This document shows, in pieces, positions 49,521-58,139 of a stretch of 64,000 nt of DNA. Under the pieces are notes generated by a model, which ran no database searches, had not been told where the DNA came from, and saw only the letters and a list, made by a program, of their open reading frames with translations. Made by a program: the position numbers and the translations under genes. The first letter of the stretch is position 1. Each line of letters opens with the position of its first letter. Origin of the DNA: an uncultured Rickettsiales bacterium (GTDB lineage: Bacteria > Pseudomonadota > Alphaproteobacteria > Rs-D84); NCBI GenBank assembly GCA_900550495.1, contig URSJ01000005.1, positions 9,056-73,055 of the forward strand. The letters are read 5' to 3'.

Positions 49521-49548
49521 ATTATACAACACTAAAATAATAAGTCAA
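49521..49548 (-). promoter_or_regulatory. Sigma-70-type promoter for the tracrRNA
   Basis: On the minus strand: TTGACT, 16 nt, TATAAT. Confidence 0.5.
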
Positions 49549-49607
49549 TTGATTTGCATTTATTTGTTATGTTTTGTATCATGTGATGTGCACAAAGGGG
49601 TGTGGTC

Positions 49608-52600
49608 GTGAAATATAAATTAGGCTTGGATTTAGGCAGCACATCACTGGGGTGGGCGGTCGTAGAATTAAACGATATGGATAATATAACCCGTTTGGTT
49701 GATATGGGGGTGCGTATATTTCCAGATGGTCGTGATGCGCAAAGTCATACACCAATCAATGTTGTTCGTCGCGAGCATCGTCAGATGCGTCGTCGCGGTG
49801 ATCGTGTGGCCTTGCGTAAAAAGCGCACATTGCAACTGATTCATAAATATGGAATGGATTTTGATATTCATTCAAATGTTTCGTTGGAAAATCCGTATGC
49901 GTTGCGTGCCCGTGCGGTCGTTGAAAAGTTGCAACCACATGAGTTGGGACGCGTTTTATTTCATTTGGCGTTGCGTCGTGGATTCAAGAGTAATCGTAAA
50001 GAAACCAGGGGCGAGGCCGGTGGAAAGTTAAAAAATGCAACGGCGTCTTTACAGGTGGCAATGGGTGACAAAACACTGGGGCAATTTCAATTTGAATCAC
50101 ACAGATACAGATTCGCAGAACAATTTGATGGAAATAAAATCAAAGATGGGGCGTTCTATCCGACGCGTGATATGTATCTGGCAGAATTTAATCGTATATG
50201 TACGGCCCAGGGATTATCAGATGAAATGCGAAAAGAATTTGAACATGCAATATTTCATCAACGTCCGTTATTGCCACCTGTTATTGGGACGTGTATGTTT
50301 GAACCGGGACAACTACGCGCATATAAATTTGAACCGGTGTTTCAACGGTTCCGTGTCCTGCAACAGATAAATCAATTGCGAATAATTGATAATGGTGTCG
50401 TAACGGAATTATCGGGTGAACAGCGTCAGAAATTACAAGATATATTATTACGGACGTTTGATGGTGTTAAGCGCGATAAATCAGGGCGTGTAAAGATTAC
50501 GTTTGCTGCGGTGCGAAAAATGCTGGGGTTGGCACGTGGTGTCCGGTTTAATCTGGAAACCGAAAAACGCAAAGAAATGGACGTTGACACGACAGCGTTC
50601 GCGTTTTCGGAATGTGGTTTGTCTGATTTCTGGTATGCGTGTCCAGACGATAAAAAATCGCAAATCTTGGCACGAATAAACGATGATACGCTGGGTGATG
50701 ATGATTTGGTCGACTATTTGGTGGAAAATTGTGGTCTGAATCCAGATGTGGCAGCTCAGTTGATACAACGCCCGTTTGAAGACGGGGTTGCGAATCTATC
50801 TGTCTGCGCCATGCAAAAGATGTTGCCATTTTTGGCGCAGGGTGATTTATACCATGTTGCGGCAGACAAGGCTGGATATAATCATGCTGACCGGGGTGTT
50901 GTTCAGATGGCACAACTGCCATACTATGGAGATGTTGCAGCATTAAAGCCGTCATTGGCTCCAGATAAAAATGGTGTATATCGCACAATGAATGCCACTG
51001 TTCATATTGCATTGAACCAGTTGCGTGCGGTTGTCAACGATTTGATTGCACGATTTGGCAGCGTACCATATGCGATAAATATTGAAATGGGGCGCGATGT
51101 TCGTGCGGGGGCGCTGGAACGAGCTGAGATAGACAGTCAGCAAGCCGCTAATAAACGTGAAAATGATCGTATCGCGTCGGAATTGGTGGTGATGGGGGTT
51201 CGGGTCAGTCGTGAAAATATTCAAAAATATAAATTGTGGGAAAATCTGGGCAAGAATCCATTAGACCGTCGTTGTGTTTATACGGGTGAAATTATCAGCA
51301 AAGAAAAATTATTTAGTCCTGAATTTGAGATAGAACATATACTGCCGTTTTCGCGCACACTGGATGATTCGATGGCGAATAAAACAATTTCTGCGGTGGC
51401 GGCAAACCGTTTCAAAGGAAATCGCAGCCCAGATGAAGCGTTCACAGACTCTAAATCGCCGTGGCATTATGATGATGTTGTTGCGCGTGCACAAAATTTA
51501 CCAGGGGCGACAAAGTGGCGGTTCAATCGTGGCGCAATGAATGCGTTCTTGCGTGACCAAGACTGTATTGCGCGTGCGTTGAATGATACGAGATTCATGA
51601 CGCGTATATCGGTCACGTATTTACAGCATGTATGTGCAGATAAATACCGTGTTACTGGAATGCCTGGGCGCATGACAGCGATGTTGCGCGATGCATGGCA
51701 TTTGGATTGGTGGAAAGACAAAGCGGACGCAGAAAAATATCGTGGTAATCATATTCATCACGCGATTGACGCGTTTGTTGTCGCGTGCACTGGGGCAGGG
51801 ATATTGCAGCGCTTGTCGCGAAACGCGATTGAAACTGATAAATTGTTTGGTAAACCCCAGAAAGAAAAACGCAGACAGTGGTTTGTTGATATGAATGTGC
51901 CGTTTGACGGTTTTGATTATTATGATTTCAAAATGCGGTGCGAAAATACGATTATTTCGTATCGTCAATCCCAGAAATCACCCAAAGATTCAAAAGGAAC
52001 AATTGGTTGTCTGCATGAAGACACGGCGTATAACCTGGAATTTTTTGAACGCGGAACATCTGCGGTGATGTCGCGACGCGACGCGTTGCCAACCACGGAC
52101 AAGGATAGAAAGGCATTTACCAAAGATTTCAACAATGTAAATCCAAAAACGCTGCAGATGTTTTTGAAAGACACAGGGACTACAAATGATGAGCCGAATA
52201 TCGCAAATAAATTTTTAGATTGGTGTACATTGCGCGATATCCGCAAAGTTCGTATGTATAAGCGTGGTGTTGACGTAACGACATATGTTCCTGTATTTCG
52301 AACAAAACGGCAACGTGATACATATCGTGCGGCGTATTTGAATTGGTATGTTGCCAGTGGAATTGCCGGCGGTATTGCCGATAAAAAAATGCGTTTGGCC
52401 CAGCAAGAAAAAGAAAAGGCTTTGCTGCAAGAATTTCAAAATGCGGCAAAGTTGGCCTATAAGTGGTATGTTGGTGGTAATAATTTCTGTGCCGATGTAT
52501 TTAAAATGCGTGATGACGATAAAAGGTATCCAAAACTGCGTGGCCGGTGGCAAGTTGAAATCTTGTCCAATTATAATGCGCAACTAGATGCAGGTTCGCC

Positions 52601-52937
52601 ATTGTGGCGACGCAAATATGCGACGGCCGGACGGGTAATGCGGCTGCGAATAAATGATATGGTTATGGCGACGTTTTCCAAAGCTGACCCAAAATTGCCC
52701 AAGGGATTGGTGGAAACGGTTATGCACCAATGCGCAATAGAAAATACGGATACGGTCAATGTGATATTTCGTGTTAAAAAAATCAGCAGTAATGGCACGA
52801 TATATTTACGTCCGCATTTTATTGCCAAGGAAGAGGGCGATACAAAGTCATGGGCCGCCAGCGCTACGTCATTGCAAGAGCATAACGCGCACAAGGTGTA
52901 TGTCAGCCCATCTGGAAAATTGCAATGCTCAGAATAA
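49608..52937 (+). CDS. cas9: Cas9, type II-C
   Basis: RuvC-I GLDLGSTSLGWAV, HNH EIEHILPFS..N.., RuvC-III HHAIDAFV. About 1109 aa. GTG 49608 is 8 nt after AAAGGGG (the track starts at GTG 49602). No csn2 or cas4 in the locus. Confidence 0.95.
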   Translation: MKYKLGLDLGSTSLGWAVVELNDMDNITRLVDMGVRIFPDGRDAQSHTPINVVRREHRQMRRRGDRVALRKKRTLQLIHKYGMDFDIHSNVSLENPYALRARAVVEKLQPHELGRVLFHLALRRGFKSNRKETRGEAGGKLKNATASLQVAMGDKTLGQFQFESHRYRFAEQFDGNKIKDGAFYPTRDMYLAEFNRICTAQGLSDEMRKEFEHAIFHQRPLLPPVIGTCMFEPGQLRAYKFEPVFQRFRVLQQINQLRIIDNGVVTELSGEQRQKLQDILLRTFDGVKRDKSGRVKITFAAVRKMLGLARGVRFNLETEKRKEMDVDTTAFAFSECGLSDFWYACPDDKKSQILARINDDTLGDDDLVDYLVENCGLNPDVAAQLIQRPFEDGVANLSVCAMQKMLPFLAQGDLYHVAADKAGYNHADRGVVQMAQLPYYGDVAALKPSLAPDKNGVYRTMNATVHIALNQLRAVVNDLIARFGSVPYAINIEMGRDVRAGALERAEIDSQQAANKRENDRIASELVVMGVRVSRENIQKYKLWENLGKNPLDRRCVYTGEIISKEKLFSPEFEIEHILPFSRTLDDSMANKTISAVAANRFKGNRSPDEAFTDSKSPWHYDDVVARAQNLPGATKWRFNRGAMNAFLRDQDCIARALNDTRFMTRISVTYLQHVCADKYRVTGMPGRMTAMLRDAWHLDWWKDKADAEKYRGNHIHHAIDAFVVACTGAGILQRLSRNAIETDKLFGKPQKEKRRQWFVDMNVPFDGFDYYDFKMRCENTIISYRQSQKSPKDSKGTIGCLHEDTAYNLEFFERGTSAVMSRRDALPTTDKDRKAFTKDFNNVNPKTLQMFLKDTGTTNDEPNIANKFLDWCTLRDIRKVRMYKRGVDVTTYVPVFRTKRQRDTYRAAYLNWYVASGIAGGIADKKMRLAQQEKEKALLQEFQNAAKLAYKWYVGGNNFCADVFKMRDDDKRYPKLRGRWQVEILSNYNAQLDAGSPLWRRKYATAGRVMRLRINDMVMATFSKADPKLPKGLVETVMHQCAIENTDTVNVIFRVKKISSNGTIYLRPHFIAKEEGDTKSWAASATSLQEHNAHKVYVSPSGKLQCSE

Positions 52938-53273
52938 TTGTAATTGGCCCGGACGCGATGCTAATGCGCGTGGGCTGTTTGCTTTGTCCAAGTGGATTAT
53001 ATCGCCAAATTGTGTGTCGGTGAAAAATAAAATATTTACGTCGCCTGTCCGTGGGTTGTTGCGTTTTACAGCGTGAACGTATTTTTGTGAATTTTCCCGC
53101 GTTCCGGTAAAACGCATATAGACTGAATATTGCGCCATTGAAAATCCCAGGTCTTGCAGAAAATTGCGAAACCGTGATGCCTCGCGACGTTCGTGTTTTG
53201 TATCGGTTGGCAAATCAAACATAACCATCATCCACATATATTTTAATCCATCAGTTTTTAATGACATTTTCAA
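52929..53273 (-). CDS. cas2: Cas2
   Basis: MMVMFDLPTDTKHERREASRFRNFLQDLGFSMAQYSVYMRF, typical type II Cas2. Its 3' end overlaps the cas9 3' end by 9 nt. Start uncertain (53273/53267/53237). Confidence 0.9.
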   Translation of the reverse strand: MKMSLKTDGLKYMWMMVMFDLPTDTKHERREASRFRNFLQDLGFSMAQYSVYMRFTGTRENSQKYVHAVKRNNPRTGDVNILFFTDTQFGDIIHLDKANSPRALASRPGQLQLF

Positions 53274-54159
53274 AGTCCAATTTGTTTTTCTTTTCTTTCA
53301 GTGAATTTACAAAATTCCAAACATCGCGTTGCATAATGGTGGCCAATGGTGATGTGCCACCACCCCGGGTTGGAATATTGGTCTCCAGGGTGCCCGACAA
53401 CATGCGTTTGTCGTCTGGGGTCAATTCGCGTGACGGATTATCGGTGCCATCAAATATGTCGTATACAATGGCGTCAATTACTGGACGATACACCTCCATC
53501 AAATCGTCCACCAGGCACATTGGGTTTAGTTGATTGTGGTGTTCTATGCCGTATGATGGGTTCAGACCACTGGCAACGACCAGGCGTGCCATTGCGCCCC
53601 GTAAAATAGCATAACCGTAATTCAGAAACGCATTGATTCCTTTGGCATTATGATTGCGTAAAAAATATGGGCCAAACAGACTGGTGAAATACATTCTAGC
53701 GGCAATACCTTCCATATTATTGCTGTCGCCAGATAATACCGCAGATGGGATATGTTTGATACGATTGTCTATGCCATATTTATCCAAAACGCGGGACTGG
53801 TTGCGAATTTTTTCTTGGACGATGCGTCGCCACAACTGCTTTTCTAGTGGGCGCGATGTATTTATTTGCATTTGCTGCACGGCCATTTGGCGATTTTGAC
53901 CAACCAGTGGCGTCATTATACCGATTGGATTATAGTTATCACCGATTATTATCAATGGTATTCCGTTTTCACACATGGCAGACATTAAAGCCTGGGTAAA
54001 AACAATTGCGCGTCCAGTGGCCATAACGGCGCATATGCTGTCTAATGGAACTTCTCCGATAGTTGTTCCGTGTTCTGTGACGCACAAGAATCCCCGTCGA
54101 ACCGACAGTTCGCGATTGTCGCTGGAAATTTCTATTATATTGGTTTGCATACTGCTCAT
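53251..54159 (-). CDS. cas1: Cas1
   Basis: 302 aa, type II Cas1 pattern (..ISSDNRELSVRRGFL.., ..NAFLNYGYAILRG..). Overlaps cas2. Confidence 0.93.
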   Translation of the reverse strand: MSSMQTNIIEISSDNRELSVRRGFLCVTEHGTTIGEVPLDSICAVMATGRAIVFTQALMSAMCENGIPLIIIGDNYNPIGIMTPLVGQNRQMAVQQMQINTSRPLEKQLWRRIVQEKIRNQSRVLDKYGIDNRIKHIPSAVLSGDSNNMEGIAARMYFTSLFGPYFLRNHNAKGINAFLNYGYAILRGAMARLVVASGLNPSYGIEHHNQLNPMCLVDDLMEVYRPVIDAIVYDIFDGTDNPSRELTPDDKRMLSGTLETNIPTRGGGTSPLATIMQRDVWNFVNSLKEKKNKLDFENVIKN

Positions 54160-54275
54160 ATAGGACTGTTTTTAGTTTTGTCAATACGTATTTTCGGAAA
54201 AAAGACGCAAAAAATAACGATAACGAATCGTTTCATGCGAAAAATAAGGTATTTTTTATTTTGAAATAAATTATA

Positions 54276-54300
54276 AAAAGCCCCGAATCTCGGGGCTTTT
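54276..54300. terminator. Hairpin terminator between the CRISPR array and cas1
   Basis: AAAAGCCCCGA-ATC-TCGGGGCTTTT, flanked by A/T runs on both sides. Confidence 0.65.
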
Positions 54301-54310
54301 GTTGATATGT

Positions 54311-54808
54311 ATTATATCAGATTGGAATTAGATGTCTAGCCGCAACGCGATGGCATCAAAAGGCGATTAAATAGGCAATTATATCAGATTGGAATTAGAT
54401 GTCTAGCCGCAACGTATAACAACAAATATGTCAACCAGACCAAATTATATCAGATTGGAATTAGATGTCTAGCCGCAACTGCAAATGCCGTTGAACAATC
54501 CGGTGTTTTATTATATCAGATTGGAATTAGATGTCTAGCCGCAACAAACATACCCCTCTATCTCAGAGAATATGATTATATCAGATTGGAATTAGATGTC
54601 TAGCCGCAACTGTTTGTGCGGCTGTGTATGTCAGAACCGCATTATATCAGATTGGAATTAGATGTCTAGCCGCAACCGAACGGTTCGGCGTTGACCTGGT
54701 AAGGGATTATATCAGATTGGAATTAGATGTCTAGCCGCAACTGATTCTGGTAAAAACATTATTGCCCCCTTTATTATATCAGATTGGAATTAGATGTCTA
54801 GCCGCAAC
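54311..54808 (-). CRISPR. CRISPR array: 8 identical 36-nt repeats and 7 spacers (29-31 nt)
   Basis: Repeats start at 54311, 54378, 54444, 54510, 54575, 54641, 54706 and 54773. crRNA-sense repeat (minus strand) is GTTGCGGCTAGACATCTAATTCCAATCTGATATAAT. Orientation is inferred from the GTTG...AAT form, tracrRNA complementarity and terminator position. Confidence 0.95.
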
Positions 54809-54842
54809 AATTAAATAAAATCAATAACTTAAATAATAAGAT

Positions 54843-55499
54843 TTATCGTGTTTTTTGCTTTCCCTTTAGCATTTTATTATATAATTCGTCAAATATGACA
54901 GGAATGTTCTTTGCAAATAATTCTAATGTCGGTTGCATAATTTCTTTTACACATGGACGAGAATTACCTAAAGCGCGTAATTCAAATATATGATACCATT
55001 CCCGTAGATTAGCTGTCATATTCATCTCAGCTGCAGTCGATTGTGGAAGTAATAGACTTAATTCATCTGGTGTTGCACCTAACGTAGCCATTTGTAAATA
55101 ATGTTCTTCAGCTTGTTGACAAGCATTTAACCAGACTTGATATTTCAATGTATCTTTAGGAATTTCAATTGGATCTAAGAATTTAATATTATTATCAAAC
55201 TTATCCTTTGAATAATTACACCAACGTGTGCTTTCAATTGCAAAACTAGAATGCCGCATACGAGTCAAATCTTTATATGCTGCAATATTAGTTAAATAAT
55301 TCATCGAAACAGAATAGTTTTCAATCATGGACGTATGCCCAGATTTCATTAAATTTGCTACAATCTTCTTTGCTGATTCTAAATCATCTGAATCCTTATA
55401 TGATTTATAACAGGTTCTAGCAATTCGTTGAATTAATAATAACGCTTCTTTACCATCAATTTTAGTTAATGGATTTACTTGTGCTTTAACGATTTTCAT
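54843..55499 (-). CDS. thyX: Flavin-dependent thymidylate synthase ThyX
   Basis: AGGAG 7 nt before ATG 55497-55499. GHTSMIEN and RMRHSSFAIESTRW (ThyX RHRxxSxxxxSxR signature with H to M) plus ...REWYHIFELR. Visibly AT-rich. Confidence 0.85.
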   Translation of the reverse strand: MKIVKAQVNPLTKIDGKEALLLIQRIARTCYKSYKDSDDLESAKKIVANLMKSGHTSMIENYSVSMNYLTNIAAYKDLTRMRHSSFAIESTRWCNYSKDKFDNNIKFLDPIEIPKDTLKYQVWLNACQQAEEHYLQMATLGATPDELSLLLPQSTAAEMNMTANLREWYHIFELRALGNSRPCVKEIMQPTLELFAKNIPVIFDELYNKMLKGKQKTR

Positions 55500-55543
55500 T
55501 TTTACTCCTTTATAAACAAATAAAATCAATGGAAAATATTATA

Positions 55544-55579
55544 ATTATATCAGATTGGAATTAGATGTCCAGCCGCAAC
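55544..55579 (-). CRISPR. Orphan ninth CRISPR repeat (35/36 identical; T to C at 55570)
   Basis: ATTATATCAGATTGGAATTAGATGTCCAGCCGCAAC on the plus strand, 735 bp from repeat 8. Confidence 0.9.
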
Positions 55580-55710
55580 CGGTTATTGGCACCGCCCTTA
55601 AAGAATGTCTGGATGGGCGTAGAGGCATATTCATAATTAAGATATTTTGCTAGCGATCTGGCACAGGTGGATTTTCCAACCCCATCCATACCCTTAATAT
55701 CAATGATCAT
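55561..55710 (-). pseudogene. 5' fragment of a P-loop nucleotide/nucleoside-monophosphate-kinase-like gene, cut off by the orphan repeat
   Basis: MIIDIKGMDGVGKSTCARSLAKYLNYEYASTPIQTFFKGGANN, after which the frame runs into the repeat (..RLRLDI*). Confidence 0.5.
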
Positions 55711-55830
55711 TTCTGGTCCTTAATTGCAAGTTTTAATATGTTTCTTGCTACCAGCAAATAGCATACCATCGCTTATTGTCAAGCAAAAATTGTCAAAAAT
55801 ATATATTTTGTCCAGTTGTCTTCTTTGTAA

Positions 55831-56103
55831 TTACTTTATTCCACTTTTACCGTATACCAATTTGAAGTTCCTGCGGTTCTTTTTACGAATAGAAACGTGT
55901 GGCTTGTCTGAGTCTATGACAAAAACAATCCTCCCAATCCAAATTCTGAAATATCTTGCATGTACTTTTTTGAATTTAACTGGTTCATGGGTTCGTATTT
56001 CTGTTCCGTCTGTGTGTTCATATTCAGTACTGCGTCCAAACCCATATTTGTTGTTATCAAAGTCCAAGCCATACTCTGTGAAAATCTTTTTAACTTTTGG
56101 CAT
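55831..56103 (-). CDS. Hypothetical 90-aa protein
   Basis: Strong AAGGAGG RBS 6 nt before the ATG. No recognisable family. Confidence 0.5.
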   Translation of the reverse strand: MPKVKKIFTEYGLDFDNNKYGFGRSTEYEHTDGTEIRTHEPVKFKKVHARYFRIWIGRIVFVIDSDKPHVSIRKKNRRNFKLVYGKSGIK

Positions 56104-56256
56104 GATTGTCCTCCTTTTCTCTATTAAATTCTGCCACGAATGCTCTAGGTTCGCAATAATTATTCTTTGAATTTACTAGTTTAGCATTTCTTCTTCAATA
56201 TCTAACGTGATTGAGGTGCTTTTATTGTCTACCTTGTTGATAAGACAATCTCTTTC

Positions 56257-56935
56257 ATGATTATAGCAAGTAATTGGACTGCCTCTGATACAAATGATGT
56301 GCTATTAAAATTTATCATGGTTGTCCTTCGATTCCTGAATTCTGACATGACCAAATTACCAGATGAAAAACGCTTGGCATTCAACCAATGCAAATATAGT
56401 GATGAACTGCTGAAATCAATGATTGAAAAAATCGTGTACAACAATCATAAAATAAGTACTTTTATAAAAATCAAAAATATCGAATATCTGCAAAATTTCC
56501 AAAAGCAAGACTATATGAATCCGACATGCGAGCCAATGGACTACTACGTCATCAGATGGGCAGTATGCGGTAATTGAAACCCCTCTATATTTCTCGGCTG
56601 GTACTTGTATTAACCAACGAAATGGCGATGTAGAAGTTGAATTACTGACAATGACCGGAAACACTCAAATACTAATCAAGGCACTGGCCTATGCGTGGAA
56701 ATATAAAAAGGAGTATGAAAACGGGGTTGGTATAAAGGCCATCGCAAAAAACGAACAACGCGATCAACGAACAATATATAAATACCTGAACCTGGCATAC
56801 CTGTCGCCACGGATTATCAACGACATCATGGACAGCAAAATCCCACCCCATGTCAACCTGCAAACGTTATTCCAAATCGCAAGTAAACATGAGAATTTTG
56901 GTGAACAGGAACAGGCATTTTATGAAATCAACTAA
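56257..56935 (+). pseudogene. Frameshifted, 5'-truncated serine-recombinase remnant (C-terminal HTH domain intact)
   Basis: The 56651..56935 product (LIKALAYAWKYKKEYENGVGIKAIAKNEQRDQRTIYKYLNLAYLSPRIINDIMDSKIPPHVNLQTL) matches the remembered C-terminal domain of a resolvase-family group. That frame is open back to 56519 and then shifts into the 56257..56577 frame. No catalytic N-domain is present. Confidence 0.45.
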
Positions 56936-57744
56936 TTAACGGGTTTAAATTCAATCTTAATAGGAAGTTCCGACATCGCATAATGTACAAAGTCCTTGCC
57001 CAAATTGGTTAATTCATATTGTTTGTTTGGTTCAAATGCTGATTCCATCGTTGTTGAAGCTGAACTTTTGCCAATACCAGATCGTTGTCTTAGAAATTGT
57101 CCATCGTATGTAACATTACGATGTTGTCTAATTATTCCACCTGTGGACAAATCTCTTATCACCAAGCGAAACAAATCTGCATCTGCGGAATTTTCTCTAA
57201 CTCGTTGGCGACCTAATTTATTCCAGATTTCAAAACGAGAAATCCCTTCTGGTTGGTTATAGATGGCTTCAATAACTCTAAAATGTAGCTCTGAGTATGT
57301 TTTTATCCAATCCAAGAACATACGTATCACATCATAGCTATAACTCCCTGATACATCTGCAGCCGTATTGGAAAGTATATTTCTGATGTAGATACGCTTT
57401 TGTTCGCTTTCGGCCGCCCCCCATTCACGAAATGCCTTTTTTGATAATGATTGAAAATCGGTGCTAGAAACTTTGTCTGCAATTTTTTCATCTTGAAAAT
57501 CTAATCTTGACATGATTTCAAGAATTGTCTGTTGCTTTTCCTTCATTTCATCTCGTAACATTGAAATCCAATTATATAAAAAAGCATTTGCTTTTTCTTG
57601 TTGCTTATCCTGGTATGCACCCTTTATCGCCGAAATAATTCCACCAGCATACGGTATTACACCAGCCAATACATCAAGTCCTGCCTTTGCTATTCTTTTA
57701 CCTTTGCTATCTTGTTCAATTTCTTCTGGTAAATTATCAGCCAT
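56932..57744 (-). CDS. Hypothetical 270-aa protein (N-terminal hydrophobic/Gly-rich segment, C-terminal winged-helix-like region)
   Basis: ATG 57742-57744 preceded by AAAGGA. The track ORF extends to 57786. Confidence 0.55.
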   Translation of the reverse strand: MADNLPEEIEQDSKGKRIAKAGLDVLAGVIPYAGGIISAIKGAYQDKQQEKANAFLYNWISMLRDEMKEKQQTILEIMSRLDFQDEKIADKVSSTDFQSLSKKAFREWGAAESEQKRIYIRNILSNTAADVSGSYSYDVIRMFLDWIKTYSELHFRVIEAIYNQPEGISRFEIWNKLGRQRVRENSADADLFRLVIRDLSTGGIIRQHRNVTYDGQFLRQRSGIGKSSASTTMESAFEPNKQYELTNLGKDFVHYAMSELPIKIEFKPVN

Positions 57745-57957
57745 AATCAAATCCTTTCTTTTTTCTAAAATATAGATTTTTTCCACAATTTTTCAATCCC
57801 ATTGACTCCACAAAATTAGGCATTATATAAATTCTGGTATATTATGGGTGGATTTGCGTATATTAGGGGAATACCGGAGTCAATGCATTCCGCGAATGCC
57901 CGCAGTGGGGGGCGGAGACACGAAAAAAGTCGCAACTGTGTGCGACCTTTCTAATTA

Positions 57958-57970
57958 CTGGTCGGGGCGA
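57958..57970 (-). repeat. 13-nt direct repeat CTGGTCGGGGCGA (minus: TCGCCCCGACCAG), copy 1
   Basis: Read directly. Matches the canonical 3' end of bacterial tRNA-Pro (..CGCCCCG-A-CCA). Followed on the minus strand by a terminator hairpin. Confidence 0.7.
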
Positions 57971-58126
57971 CAATGAGTAGGCGAGGGCGTGCATTGCACG
58001 GCCAAACCGTCACGAATGCCCCGCAGTTGTGGCCAAGCCACAACGAGGGAAAGATGAGAACCAAGTTTAAATCCGCGTCCCACGAAAAAAATAAAAAACG
58101 ACCCAAAGTGGTCGTTTATTATTTTT

Positions 58127-58139
58127 CTGGTCGGGGCGA
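58127..58139 (-). repeat. 13-nt direct repeat CTGGTCGGGGCGA, copy 2
   Basis: Read directly. The flanking ..CCGGTTCCCTTTCGCCCCGACCA looks like a decayed T-arm plus acceptor end. Confidence 0.7.

Noticed and set aside
49466-49545. A plus-strand tracrRNA, since the anti-repeat-like sequence can also be read on the plus strand together with a TTTTAGTGTT/AACACTAAAA hairpin.
   Set aside because: The plus-strand version would require plus-strand crRNAs with the atypical repeat form ATTATAT...GCAAC. It also lacks a terminator before cas9. The minus-strand version has a promoter, a nexus-like hairpin and a U-tract terminator.
54347-54772. Self-targeting: whether any of the 7 spacers matches the adjacent island or other parts of the window.
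   Set aside because: Scanning by eye for the spacer cores found no match in this window. The search was not exhaustive, and a BLAST of the spacers against the genome and phage databases is required.
55724-56170. 148-aa plus-strand ORF.
   Set aside because: Its sequence is Leu/Phe/Ile/Cys-rich, as expected from translating AT-rich DNA. It overlaps the better-supported minus-strand 90-aa ORF, which has a strong AAGGAGG RBS.
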